Source of the DNA: an uncultured beta proteobacterium
Lineage (GTDB): Bacteria > Pseudomonadota > Gammaproteobacteria > Burkholderiales > Usitatibacteraceae
DNA: 64,000 nt
Direction: 5' to 3'
Assembly: GCA_963849005.1 (NCBI GenBank)
Contig: CAWKGC010000021.1
Coordinates: 2,892 to 66,891, forward strand
Shown in pieces: positions 39,715 to 52,207 of this stretch. The notes under the pieces are model-generated. The model saw only the letters and a program-made list of their open reading frames with translations. It ran no database searches and was not told the DNA's origin. Positions within the stretch are counted from its first letter, which is position 1, and the number at the start of each line of letters is the position of its first letter. The translations under genes were made by a program, and so were the position numbers.

Positions 39715-40951
39715 ATGCAGACCAATCTCGCACCGGAAATCCGCAGCACGCCACAGGGCATCGAGGCCGATGCCATCCTGCGCAAGTGCGTGCATTGCGG
39801 CTTCTGCCTCGCGACCTGCCCCACCTACAACCTGCTCGGCGACGAACTCGACAGCCCGCGCGGCCGCATCTACCTGATGAAACAGATGCTCGAGGGCGCG
39901 CCCGTCACCGCGCGTACGCAACTGCACCTGGACCGCTGCCTCACTTGCCGCGCGTGCGAGACGACCTGTCCTTCGGGCGTGGAGTACGGCCGGCTCGTCG
40001 ATATCGGACGCGAGATGGTCGAGGAGAAGGTCGGTCGTCCGGCAGGGTCGTCGCTGCTGCGCTGGGCGCTCGGGAAGACATTGCCGAAGCGCGCCCTGTT
40101 CGGCGCGATGCTCGGACTCGGGCGGGTGTTCAGGCCGCTGTTGCCTGCGGCGCTGGCGAAGCAGGTTCCCGTCGCCCGGGCTGCGGGAGAATGGCCGGCC
40201 GCGCGCCATGCGAGAAAGATGATCGTCCTCGAGGGCTGCGTGCAACCGTCGATGGCGCCTTCGATCAACAGCGCGGCGGCACGCGTCCTCGATGCCATCG
40301 GCATTTCGCTGGTGCGAGCGCAAGGCGAGGGTTGCTGCGGCGCGGTTTCCCACCACCTCGAACCGCCACGACGACGCCCTCGGTCATGTGCGCGCCAACA
40401 TCGACGCGTGGTGGCCGCACGTCGAGTCGGGTGCCGAGGCGATCGTGATCACCGCGAGCGGTTGCGGCACGATGGTGCGCGACTACGGCCACCTCCTCGA
40501 GCGCGATCCGGCCTACGCCGCGAAGGCGGCACGCATCACGGCGCTCGCGAGCGACATTTCCGAGGTCGTGGCAGCAGAAGGGGCCGCGCTGGGCCGCGTG
40601 CTCGCCGCGGCGAAGCCTGCGACCCCGACGCGCCTCGCCTTCCATTCCCCGTGCTCGCTGCAGCACGGCCAGAAGATCCGCGGCGTCGTCGAAGGCCTGC
40701 TGCGCGATGCGGGGTTTGCGCTCACGCCCGTCCCCGACGCCCATGTGTGCTGCGGTTCCGCGGGCACCTATTCGATCCTGCAGCCGGCCCTGTCGGAGCA
40801 GTTGCTCGCCAACAAGGTCAAGGCGCTCGAGTCGGGTTCGCCGCAGGAAATCGCCACCGCCAACATCGGCTGCCTCGTGCACATCGGCAGCGGCACGGGC
40901 CTTCCGGTGCGCCACTGGATCGAACTGCTCGACGCGCGCCTGGCGCGCTAG
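39715..40951 (+). pseudogene. glcF: glycolate oxidase iron-sulfur subunit GlcF; one frameshift near 40365
   Basis: CVHCGFCLATCPTY and CLTCRACETTCPSGV cluster motifs. ...GAVSHHL | NRHDDALGHVRANIDAWW... is restored by removing one G. C-terminal ANIGCLVHI. Confidence 0.88.
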
Positions 40952-41862
40952 GGCACGCCTGCGGCAAACTGCGCCGTGATGAAGGAGATGAAGGCGCGGA
41001 TCTTCGGCGGCATGTGGCGGTGCGGCGCGTAGATCGCGTAGAGGTCGGCACCGTCCTGGCTCTCCCATTCGGGCATCACCCGCACCAGCTTGCCCGAGGC
41101 AAAGTCCTCGCCGGCCATGAATGACGGGAGCAGCGCGATGCCCAGTCCGTTTGCCGCCAGCAGCTGGATCGGTTCGGCGCTGTCGGAGCGATACAGCGGC
41201 TCGATCGGCTGGGCGACCTTGCGCTTTCCCTTGCGAAAATTCCAGACCATGGGCCGCGAGCCGACAGCGAGCGTCAGGCAGTCATGGCCGGGCAGTTCTT
41301 CGGGCGAATGCGGCGTGCCGCGCTCGGCGAGGTAGGCGGGCGAGGCGCAGACGACGGTCGTCAGCGTCGCAAGCTTTTTCGCCACGAGCAGCGAAGGAGG
41401 CGAGTAGGTGGCGCGGATCGCGATGTCGAGGCCTTCCTGCAGGAAATCCGCGACCCGGTTGCTCGCCTCGACTTCGAGGCGAACCTCGGGATAACGGCGG
41501 TGGAAGTCCGCGAGCCCGGGGACAAGGAAGCGCAGCACGATGGCCGGCGGCGCGCTCACGCGCACCACGCCGCGCGGCACCGCGTGCAATTCCGCAAGAG
41601 CGTCGCGCGCGGCCTCAACCTCATCGAGGATGCGCGCGCAATGCTCGTGATAGGCGCGGCCGGCCTCGGTGAGCGAGAGGCTGCGCGTGCTGCGCTGCAG
41701 GAGCTTCGCGCCGACTTCCTGCTCGAGCTTCGCGATGTGCTTGCTCACTACCGAGGGCGTGCTGCCGAGGCGCTGCGCTGCCTTCGAGAAGCTGCCCAGC
41801 TTCACCACATGGGCAAAGGTGAGCATGTAGGGGAGGATCCGGGAGTCGAGGTTTGTTTCCAT
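40948..41862 (-). CDS. LysR-family transcriptional regulator
   Basis: 304 aa. N-terminal HTH ...FAHVVKLGSFSKAAQRLGSTPSVVSKHIAKLEQEVGAKLLQRSTR. Confidence 0.9.
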   Translation of the reverse strand: METNLDSRILPYMLTFAHVVKLGSFSKAAQRLGSTPSVVSKHIAKLEQEVGAKLLQRSTRSLSLTEAGRAYHEHCARILDEVEAARDALAELHAVPRGVVRVSAPPAIVLRFLVPGLADFHRRYPEVRLEVEASNRVADFLQEGLDIAIRATYSPPSLLVAKKLATLTTVVCASPAYLAERGTPHSPEELPGHDCLTLAVGSRPMVWNFRKGKRKVAQPIEPLYRSDSAEPIQLLAANGLGIALLPSFMAGEDFASGKLVRVMPEWESQDGADLYAIYAPHRHMPPKIRAFISFITAQFAAGVP

Positions 41863-41968
41863 GGTGGAAAGAATGGTATTCCGGTTGGCCGGCTAGTGTC
41901 TATGACCGGAAACCGGACAATGGCACCCACACCGGCCGATTGTTGCCGGAATGGAATAAGGAGCTGCC

Positions 41969-42454
41969 ATGAAACAACTGATGCTTGCCACCCTTCTCGC
42001 CTTGTCCGGCCTTGCCGCAATGGCGTCTGACCCGCCATCGTGCGCGGCCGCAGCGTTGCAGTGGAGGCCGGGTGCGTGGCCTGCCACTCGCCCAACGGCG
42101 CCGCGTCGCCGGAGCGCGGCTGGCTCACGGGCAATGCCACCGGGCAACTTGGCCCGTGGGGCACGACCTACGCATCGAACCTTCGCATCTCGCTTGCGCG
42201 CATGAGCGAGGAAACCTGGCTGCGTTACGCCGCGAAGCTGGAGCCGCGCGCGCCGATGCCGGCCGACGCCCTGCAGCGGCTGGACGTCGAGCGACCTGCG
42301 CGCGCTCTATCGTTACGTCAGGGCCGCGGGCGTCGAAGGCGCGCAGGTGCCGTACGCGATGGCGCCGGGACAGGTGCCGCCGGCGCCTTTCGTCGCATTT
42401 CCGGGCGCGATCGAGCTGCCGGGACAGGCGAGCTACCGCATCGCGCGTTGGTAG
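41969..42454 (+). pseudogene. small secreted c-type cytochrome; 2 frameshifts (about 42040, 42290)
   Basis: Signal peptide MKQLMLATLLALSGLAAMA (frame of 41969), haem motif CVACH (frame of 42040), then a C-terminal ...SDLRALYRYVRAAG...* back in the first frame. Confidence 0.6.
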
Positions 42455-44128
42455 AGGACGGAACAGTTCCGAGCGGTCGCCCGGCCGCGCGCCGCGCCAG
42501 ATTTCCTGGAAACCCTCGGGCGGCGCGGCGGGCTGGCTGCACGGGCCCTGTTCGAGGAAAAGTCGCAGTTCTGCGCGTTTGGGATGCGACTTGCCGGTAG
42601 GTGCGCAGCCCGCGAAATAGTCGAGCAGGGCGCGCTGCGGGTCGCCCAATCCGGCCGAGGCGATGCACAGGTGGCTCGAAGGCATCGCGGACATCATCGA
42701 AGCGAACATGCCCCGATAGCTGCGAGCCTGGTCGATCAGGGGCAGGCCGAGGGCCATTACCAGCATCCAGACCATGGTGATGCCGGCGGCCCAGTTGACG
42801 ATCGCGCGCCGGTTGTTGCGCAGCGACCTTGCGACCACCACGACCCAGACCAGCGTCAAGGCGGCGGCGAGCGCGACCGAGACAGGGCGGAAACCGTAGG
42901 TGAAGCCGGGGATTTCCCTCTGCACCCATTGCGCGGCGATCTCCGGCGCGCCGGTGAGCACCGCATACCAGCCGATCCAGAGCACCGCGCCGAAGAGGAG
43001 GAACGTGGTCACGCCGAACCAATCGAGCGCGGAGGCCGCGCCGCGCGGCAGTGAATCGATCTCGGCCACGGCGAGCATGGTGAGCGGCACCAGCATCGGC
43101 AGTGCGCTTACGTCGCGGGCCTCGCCGAACAAGCGTCAGCACGACGAAAAAAACGGCGAATGCCACCAGCGGCAAGCGCAATTCGTCGCGCTCGGCGAGG
43201 TTCTTGCGCGCACGCCAGACGGCCCAGGCGGCGAGCGGCAAGGCTGGCCAAGCATGCCACGGCAGGATCCTCACGAAATAGCCCAGCCCATCGATGAAAG
43301 CGGCTGCGTATCTACGATCGGCGCGCGCAGCCCCGATGCGGCGACCAGCCACTGCGCAGGCAATTGCGGCGAAATGTGGAAGAGCAGCAAGGGCCAGAAC
43401 GCCATCAGCGGGATGGCGCATGCCGCCGCGGCGAGGCAGGTCGACGCGTAATTGCGCGTGCGCCACGTGGCGAGCAACGCGGGCAGCGCGACGACAAGCG
43501 CAATCAGCAAGAGTCGTCGGCAGGGCCCCGTCGCCCAGGAAGGCCATGCCGATGCCTGTGCCAAGCCATGCACCTCCCGCCAGCGCCGTTCGCGCGCCAG
43601 CACCAGGCCGTAGAAGGCGATCGCCACGCCGGTCAGCCCGGCAAGGTCGGAGTTCATCTCGTGCGCGCGTATCAGCAGCCCGATGCAGCCGATGAAGAGC
43701 AGCACGCCGACACGTTCGCCGCGTTCGCCCGCAAGGCGCCGTGCGGCGAAGGAAACGAAGGCGAGGGTGGTTGCCATGAACACGCCGGTGGCGAGCCGCG
43801 CCGCGTCGTGCGGGGGCAACATCCATCCGAAGAGTTTCGAGGTGAGCGCCGCGACCCAGAAATACAGCGGCCCGCGCTCGAGGAACGGCTCGCCGGCGAG
43901 CATCGGCACGATCCAGTCGCCGCTGGCGAGCATGTGCCGTACCGGGGCGAAAGTGACGGCCTCGTCCGGTTTCCACGGGTCGTGCCCGATGAGGCCGGGA
44001 AACAGCCATGCCGCGCAGACGATCAGGAACAGGACCGTCTTGACCCGCGTTGCCGTGCCGTCATAGGCGATCGGGCGCTTGAGCGTGTCCGAAAGGTGGT
44101 CGGCGACGCGGCTCACGGACTGGTTCAT
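42433..44128 (-). pseudogene. GT39/ArnT-like (PMT_2) membrane glycosyltransferase; at least 5 frameshifts
   Basis: N-terminal ...FPGLIGHDPWKPDEA...GEPFLERGPLYFWV... (ORF 43271..44128). The protein alternates with the frame of ORF 42318..44009 (...FIDGLGYFVRILPWHAWPALPL...) and ends in ORF 42125..43132 (...WIGWYAVLTG...). The 3' end is inferred as ...ELF|VLYQRAMR*. Confidence 0.65.
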
Positions 44129-44170
44129 GGCGGCATTTTACGCTGGCGCGCGCGCCGGCTCCGGCGCCAC

Positions 44171-44199
44171 AAAACGAAAAAGGGCAGCCTCGGCTGCCC
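44171..44199 (-). terminator. rho-independent terminator downstream of rpmE2
   Basis: On the minus strand, GGGCAGCC-GA-GGCTGCCC is followed by TTTTTCGTTTT. Confidence 0.75.
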
Positions 44200-44223
44200 T
44201 TCTTGCCACGGTCATGCGGGACC

Positions 44224-44484
44224 TTACTCGGCAGCCTTGGGCTTGCGCGCATAGCGCTTGTTGAACTTGTCCACGCGGCCGGCGGTGTCCATGATCTTCT
44301 GCTTGCCGGTGTAGAACGGATGCGATTCCGAGGAGATGTCCAGCTTGTAGACCGGATATTCCTTGCCGTCCTTCCAGGTCATCTTCTCGCCGGCGGCGAC
44401 GGTCGAGCGGGTGACAAAGCCGAAGTCGCAGCTCGTGTCGAGGAACAGGACTTCGCGGTAATTCGGGTGGATGCCGTCTTTCAT
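44224..44484 (-). CDS. rpmE2: 50S ribosomal protein L31, type B (no CxxC zinc motif)
   Basis: [16 protein letters not shown]...[26 protein letters not shown]. Confidence 0.92.
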   Translation of the reverse strand: MKDGIHPNYREVLFLDTSCDFGFVTRSTVAAGEKMTWKDGKEYPVYKLDISSESHPFYTGKQKIMDTAGRVDKFNKRYARKPKAAE

Positions 44485-44686
44485 GGTCTTTCCTTTGATC
44501 GATTGTTGGCGCCGAATGGACGGTCGGGCAGGATGCCTATGTGCCGTCCCCGGTACCGGGAAGCCCGATATTATGCCGCAAATCGTCAATCAAAGCAAAG
44601 GCTTGAACCCATGCCTGCTCGCCGGCGTTGACCGGCGACCTGTCGTCCGGTCCAACGACGTTCCCGCTATCCGCCGTTCGCTTCGC

Positions 44687-45952
<1,266 letters not shown>

Positions 45953-46104
45953 GACGACGAGCCTGCTAGGGTGGCGGCGCGCGGAAATGACACCGCAGCG
46001 CGCGAAGGAGACTGCTTGCTAGGGGATGCCTGGCTGCGAAGTGCTGCGGGGGCTTGGCGCGACTGTTGCGAGCGAACAGCCAGGATGAATCGAGACTAAT
46101 GGTT

Positions 46105-46431
46105 TCAGATGTTGGTGTCAATGAACTGGCTGAGCTGGCACTTGGACAGCGCGCCGACCTTGCTTGCCTCGACGTTGCCGTTCTTGAACAGCATCAGCGT
46201 CGGGATGCCGCGGATGCCGAATGCGCGAAGTGTCCTGGAATTCTCGTCGATGTTGATCTTGGCGACCTTGAGCCGGCCCGAGTATTCCTTGGCGAGCTCG
46301 TCGAGCGCCGGGGCGATCATCTTGCAGGGGCCGCACCACTCCGCCCAGTAGTCGACCAGCACGGGCGTGTCGGATTGCAGGACTTCCTGGTCGAAGGAGT
46401 CGTCGGTGATGTGGATGATGGATTCGCTCAT
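46105..46431 (-). CDS. trxA: thioredoxin
   Basis: 108 aa with the WAEWCGPCK active site. Confidence 0.95.
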   Translation of the reverse strand: MSESIIHITDDSFDQEVLQSDTPVLVDYWAEWCGPCKMIAPALDELAKEYSGRLKVAKINIDENSRTLRAFGIRGIPTLMLFKNGNVEASKVGALSKCQLSQFIDTNI

Positions 46432-46630
46432 GGCCGCCTCTTCAGGTTCCGGGGATGGGGTCTGGCAATGCCGGGGGAGGGGTGCTGCGGATGCCGAATA
46501 GTAATCGAAAGCGGCCTGCGCAGGGAAGAGCGGCGACGAAGGTCGCCTGGGAGGTGGCTCGCGGCCGCGCGATTTGGTAAACTGCCACGCTTTCACCCGA
46601 CCCGCTCGCGCGCTTCCGAAAGGCCTTCCC

Positions 46631-46954
46631 ATGACCTATGTCGTTACCGAGTCGTGCATCAAGTGCAAGTACACCGACTGCGTCGACGTCTGCCCCGTGG
46701 ACTGTTTCCGCGAAGGCCCGAACATGCTGGTGATCGACCCCGACGAGTGCATCGACTGCACCCTGTGCGTGGCCGAATGCCCGGTGGAGGCGATCTTCGC
46801 CGAGGAAGACGTTCCCGAGAAGCAGCGCCCTTTCATCAAGATCAATGCCGAACTGTGCAAGGGCTGGCCGGCGCTGGTCGAGCGCAAGCCCGGGCCGCCG
46901 GACGCCGACGAATGGGCGAAGGTCGTCGACAAGGCCCATCTGATCGAGAAATAG
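46631..46954 (+). CDS. fdxA: 7Fe ferredoxin (3Fe-4S/4Fe-4S, FdxA type)
   Basis: [26 protein letters not shown]...[12 protein letters not shown]. Confidence 0.92.
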   Translation: MTYVVTESCIKCKYTDCVDVCPVDCFREGPNMLVIDPDECIDCTLCVAECPVEAIFAEEDVPEKQRPFIKINAELCKGWPALVERKPGPPDADEWAKVVDKAHLIEK

Positions 46955-47094
46955 TCGCTGTTGGGGCAGGTCGGGAAGCGGGAACGGCGCTCGACCGGAC
47001 GGAAAGGCGCCGCCGGTCAGCGCCGGCAAGCAGGAACCGCGCGAGACCAGACGGGAAGTCGCTGCTGGTCACGGCAGGCAAGCAAGAACGGCGC

Positions 47095-48080
47095 TCAGTC
47101 GTAAAGCTTCTGCCGCGCCTTGCCGCGGAACACGTAGTACGTGAACACCGTGTAGCAGGCGATCATCGGCAGCACTATCACGCAACCGATCAGCATCACT
47201 TTCAGCGCCGAGGGATGCGACGCCGCTTCCCAGATCGTCATTCGATCGATGACGAGGTAAGGGAACAGGCTGAAGGCAAGGCCGAGGAAGGCAAGCACGA
47301 AGATCGCGATCGCGCCGAAGAACGGCCCGGCCTCCGCGCGCTTTTCGCCCTGCCGCAGCAATCCGACCTCCCGCCAGATCCAGAGCCACGCTGCGCCGCA
47401 GGCAATCGGCAGGAGCATCAGGGGCGCGGTCCCGGGAAAATCGAACCACTTCTCGCGCACCGTGGCGCTCACGATCGGCGTGGCGAGGCTGACGAGCGCC
47501 ACGCCCAGCGCAACCCAGAGCAGCCCCCAGCGCGCCCACGCGACCGCTTTCTTCTGCAGCGCGCCTTCGGTGCGCAGGATCAGCCAGGTTGCGCCGAGGA
47601 GCACGTAGCCTCCGCACAGGGCCGCGCCGGTGACCATCGCGAACAGGAAATAGCCGAAGCCCGATTCGAACCCCGTGATGTAGCGGCCGAGCATCAGGCC
47701 CTGCGCGAAGGAAGCGAGGAACGATCCCGCCCAGAACAGCCAGTTCCACAGCTCGCGATGCCAGCCCTCGGCCTTCACGCGAAACTCGAAGGCCACGCCG
47801 CGGAACATGAGCCCGATCAGCATCGCCACGACCGGCAGGTAAAGCGCGCCGAGGATGACGCCATGCGCCATCGGGAATGCGACGAGCAGGATGCCGATGC
47901 CCAGCACCAGCCAGGTCTCGTTGGCGTCCCAGAACGGGCCGATCGAGGAGACCATGAAGTCCTGCTCGACCGACGTGCGGCGGGCATCAGCATGCCGACG
48001 CCGAGGTCGTAGCCGTCGAGCACGACGTAGGCGAGCATCGCCACGCCCATCAGCACGGTGAAGATCAGCGGCAGGTCCAT
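47095..48080 (-). pseudogene. cydB: cytochrome bd-type ubiquinol oxidase subunit II; one frameshift near 47970
   Basis: MDLPLIFTVLMGVAMLAYVVLDGYDLGVGML (frame of 47817..48221), then ...IGPFWDANETWLVLGIGILLVAFP... (ORF 47095..47955). Confidence 0.85.
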
Positions 48081-48081
48081 G

Positions 48082-49442
48082 TCAGCTCCCCGCCGCGGCA
48101 ACGCCGGCGCCGGCGCCGGGACCGGAATGCGACAGCGGCTTCGCGGACTCCGCGCCCTTGCCCGCCATGTGCGTGAGCACCACCATGTAAGCGATGAACA
48201 TCGCCGCGTAGGAAAGGACATACCCCGTGAGGCTCATTCCGAGCTGGCCGGCGGCACGTCCCCGATCGCGTCTTTCGTTCTCAGCACGCCGGCCACCAGC
48301 CACGGCTGGCGGCCGATCTCGGTCACCATCCAGCCGGCGAGCGTCGCCACCCAGCCGGAGAAGGTGAACGCGGCAAAGGTCCACAGCAGCCAGCGCGGCG
48401 GCGCGCGCCCCTTGCGCATCAGCCAGGTGCCCAGCCAGGCAAGCGCGAGCATCCCCATTCCCATGCCGACCATGATCCTGAAGGAAAAGAACACGGGCGC
48501 GACGGGCGGGGTGTCCGGGGCGAACGCATCGAGCCCCTGCAGCTCGGCATCGGCATCGTGCCTGAGGATCAGGCTGGCGCCGCGCGGGATCTCGATGGCA
48601 AAGTCGTTGCGCTTGGTCGTCTCGTTTGGAATCGCGAACAGCACCAGCGGCACGCCCTTCCCGGTCTTCCAGATCGCCTCCATCGCCGCGATCTTGGCCG
48701 GCTGGTGTTCGAGCGTGTTGAGGCCATGGTGGTCGCCGACGATCGCCTGCAGCGGGGCAAGGATCGCGGCAACCATCGCGGCGGTGCGCAGCGTCGACAA
48801 CGCGCCCTTGTCGCCGGCGGCCTTGAGCAGGCGCCATGCGGAGAGGCCTGCGATCACGAACGACGCCGTCAACCCCGAGGCAAGCAGCATGTGCGTGAAG
48901 CGGTAGGGGAAGGACGGGTTGAAGATCACCGCGATCCAGTCGCCCGCGATGAGCGCGCCTCCGTCCATGACGTGCCCGGCCGGCGTCTGCATCCAGGAAT
49001 TGAGCGCGAGGATCCAGAACGCGGAGGTCGTGGTGCCCACCGCGACCAGCACGGTGGCGCCGATATGCATCCACGGGGGAACACGGTTCATGCCGAACAG
49101 CATCACGCCGAGGAAGGTCGCCTCGAGGAAGAACGCGGTGAGCACTTCGTACGCGAGCAGCGGTCCGGCGATGTTGCCGACCGCCTTCATGTAGCCGGGC
49201 CAGTTGGTGCCGAACTGGAACGACATGACGATGCCCGAGACCACGCCCATGGCGAAGGTGAGCGCGAACACCTTGGTCCAGAGCCGGTAGGTGTGCAGCC
49301 AGGCGATGTCGCCGCTGCGGTGGTAGCGGATGCGGAAGTAGAGCAGGTACCAGCACAACGCGATGGTCAGCGTCGGGAACAGGATGTGGAAGGCGATGTT
49401 CAGCCCGAATTGCGTGCGCGCAAGGAGGATCGCTTCGTCCAT
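48082..49442 (-). pseudogene. cydA: cytochrome bd-type ubiquinol oxidase subunit I (short Q-loop, CioA-like); one frameshift near 48240
   Basis: MDEAILLARTQFGLNIAFHILFPTLTIAL...EATFLGVMLFG...GRQPW (ORF 48234..49442). The C-terminal ...LGMSLTGYVLSYAAMFIAYMVVL... is in the frame of ORF 48082..49845. Confidence 0.85.
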
Positions 49443-49495
49443 TGTTTCCCGATGGGCTCATTCGGTGAGCCAACGCAGGACGTATTATCCACGGC

Positions 49496-52207
49496 ATGGT
49501 TCCTTCAGTGATGACGAGGGTCGATTTATTCGCGCAGGTCGCGAAAGGGCACGACGCGGGCATCACGGTCGTGACCCCCAACCGGCGGCTCGCGCAGGTC
49601 CTTGTCGGCGAGTTCGACGCGGCCCAGTCCGCGCAGGGGCTCGCGCGCTGGGACTCGGCGGATATCCTCCCCCTGGGGGCGTTTGTCGCGCGAACATGGT
49701 CGGACGCCCTCCACGGCCGGCAGGGCAATGCGCTCGCCGCCCCCCTCACGCCGGCGCAGGAACTGGCCCTGTGGATGCAGGTCATCCGCAGCGGCAGCCC
49801 CGAAGAGGTCTTTCTCTCCACGCCGGAAGCGGCAGCGCTCGCCATGCAGGCGTGGCAGCTCGAGCACGAATGGCAGCTTCGCGACGCCCGCCCGGCCGCG
49901 GAAGACGCAAGAGTGTTCCGCGATTGGGCGAAACGCTACGTTGCCGAGTGCGGCCGGCTCGGCGCGATCGATGGCGCGCGCCTTCCGGACAGCGTTGCCG
50001 CGCTCTATCGCGAAAGCTCGGCTGCTCCCCCCCGGCAACTGGTGTGCGCCGGATTCGACATCGTCACGCCGCAACTGGGCGCCTTGCTCGCCGCCGTCGC
50101 CGGGGCGGGATGCGCCGTGGCGCACCTTGCGCCGCTCGCCGGGGAGGCCGGGCGAATCGTGCGCAGGCCGTGCGCGGACGCGCGCGCGGAAGTCACCGAG
50201 GCCGCGGCCTGGGCAAGGTCCCGGCTCGATGCCGATCCGCAAGCGCGCATCGGCATCGTCGTGCCCGAGCTTGCCTCGCGCCGCGCGGCCTTGCAACGGG
50301 CGCTCGCCGCGGCGATGGAACCGGGAAGGCTGTGGCCCTCGGCGTCGGCGCGCCCGTACAATTTCTCGCTGGGCGAACCGCTTGCCGGCCATGCGCTGGT
50401 GGCCGATGCCCTCGCGCTCCTCGCGCTGTGCGGCCCGCGCATTGCCTTCGACGAAGCAAGCAGGTTGCTGCGTTCGCCATTCATCGCCGGGGCGGAAACG
50501 GAACTCGCGGCGCGCGCTCGCCTGGACGCCTGGGTGCGCGAGCGCGTCTCCCTCCACGTGGCGCTGGACCGCCTTGCCGCGCTGGCGGGGCACCCCGAGG
50601 CGCCGGCCTGTCCGGTCCTGCGCGATCGCCTCGCGCGGCTGGCAAGGGCGCGACGCGAGAAGTTGTTCGAAGCGCAGCTGCCGTCCGGTTGGGCGCGCGC
50701 TTTCGGCGATGCGCTGGCGACGGCCGGCTTTCCCGGGGAACGCGGGCTCGATTCCGCCGAGCACCAGACGCTGGCGAAGCTGCACGAACTCTTCACCGAG
50801 CTTGCCTCGCTGGACCGGGTGTCGGGGAAACTGCGGTTTTCCGATGCGCTTGCGCGGCTTGCGCGCATGGCGGCCGCAACGCCGTTCCAGCCCGAGACGC
50901 CGAACGTCCCGGTGCAGGTGCTCGGCGTGCTCGAGGCCGCGCAACTTGAATTCGACCATCTCTGGGTGATGGGGCTTTCGGAAGAAGTGTGGCCTTCGCC
51001 CGCGCGCCCGAATCCCTTGCTGCCGATGGAGCGCCAACGCGCGGCCGGCATTCCGCAAGCCTCGGCCGAGGCATCGCTCGCGTTCTGCCGGCGCATTGCG
51101 CTGGGCTGGCAGCAGGCGGCCGCAGAGGTGGTCCTGTCGCATCCCCTGCGCGAAGGCGATCGCGAGCTGCTCCCCAGCCCGCTCATCGCCGGCATCGCGG
51201 CGGCCGAAGGCGAGGCGGATCGCGGCGATTCATGGGGCGCGATGATCTTCGCCGGCGCGGCAAGGGAAACATTCGAAGATGCCACGGCGCCTGCGCTCGC
51301 AAGCGACGCCGGCGCTGCATGGCGGCGCGCAAATCCTTCGCGACCAGGCCTTGTGCCCGTTTCGCGCCTTCGCCCGCCAGCGCCTGCATGCACAATCGCC
51401 GGAGATGCCCCACGACGCGCTCGATGCGATGGAGCGAGGCATCCTCATGCACGCCGTGCTGGCGAAGGCGTGGAAGGAGGCCGGCACGCGCGCAGCAATG
51501 GACGCGCTTGGCGAGGCGGGCCGCGAGGCGCTCATCGCCGAAGCTGCGACCAGGCGGTCAGGCGCAAGCAGCGGGATCGTCCGGAACTCGCGGGCCAACG
51601 CTTCGCCGCGCTCGAAAAGGGACGCCTTGCCCGCGTGGCGCGCGAGTGGATCGAGTACGAGCTCGGCACGCGGGATGATTTCACCGTGGAGGCGGTGGAG
51701 GAAAAGCGCCTGCTCGCGCTGGGGCCGCTCAGCCTGCGCACGCGCCTCGATCGCGTGGATGTGCTGCCCGACGGCAGCCGCATCGTGATCGACTACAAGG
51801 CGACCGCGCCCGGCGCCGGCGCCTGGCTCTCGCCGCGGCCCGAGGAGCCGCAGCTTCCCCTCTATCTCGTGGCGGGCGAGGCTGGCGCCGCGGCAATCGC
51901 CTTCGCGCAGGTGAAGGCGGGAGACGTGAAGTTCGTTTCGCTCGCGCGAGACGAGTCCGTGCTGCCCAACGCGAAGGTGCCCAAGGGAGAAGAGGGCGCC
52001 GCTCCCGGGGCGCGCTGGCAGGCGCAGGTCGCCGTTTGGGGACGGGAGCTCGAGCGGCTTGCGGTGGAATTCGTCGCGGGCGACGCGCGCGTCGATCCGA
52101 AGCAGCCGGGCAAGACCTGCAATGGCTGCGACCTGCATGCCTTGTGCCGCATCCATGAGCGCACCGCGCTGTACGACGAAGAGGGCGAAAATGGCAGCGA
52201 AGCCTGA
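49496..52207 (+). pseudogene. AddB-like PD-(D/E)XK nuclease ('probable DNA repair protein') with Fe-S Cys ligands; open 903-aa ORF that hides a compensating frameshift pair (about 51300 and 51545)
   Basis: Between about 51300 and 51545 the conserved sequence (ALHGGAQILRDQALCPFRAFARQRL...MERGILMHAVLAKAW...) is in the frame of ORF 51279..51788, not the main frame. C-terminal ...VIDYK... and CNGCDLHALC. Confidence 0.75.

Noticed and set aside
41863-41968. A sigma54 promoter (TGGCAC at about 41920) or a LysR T-N11-A box in the divergent LysR/cytochrome c intergenic region.
   Set aside because: TGGCAC is not followed by a TTGC-like -12 element at the right spacing. The ATTCCGG...CCGGAAT inverted repeats are about 60 bp apart, and no clear T-N11-A dyad stands out.
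44485-44600. A Zur box upstream of the zinc-independent L31 paralogue rpmE2.
   Set aside because: Only a weak AT-rich patch (gcataatatcg) is present, with no convincing palindrome. In this gene order, downstream of rho, the gene may simply be the constitutive L31. This cannot be decided from sequence alone.
46955-47094. A terminator or small RNA between fdxA and cydB (convergent), with repeated ggcaagcaRgaac motifs.
   Set aside because: Only short 5-bp stems without U tracts are present. The evidence is insufficient for a feature call.
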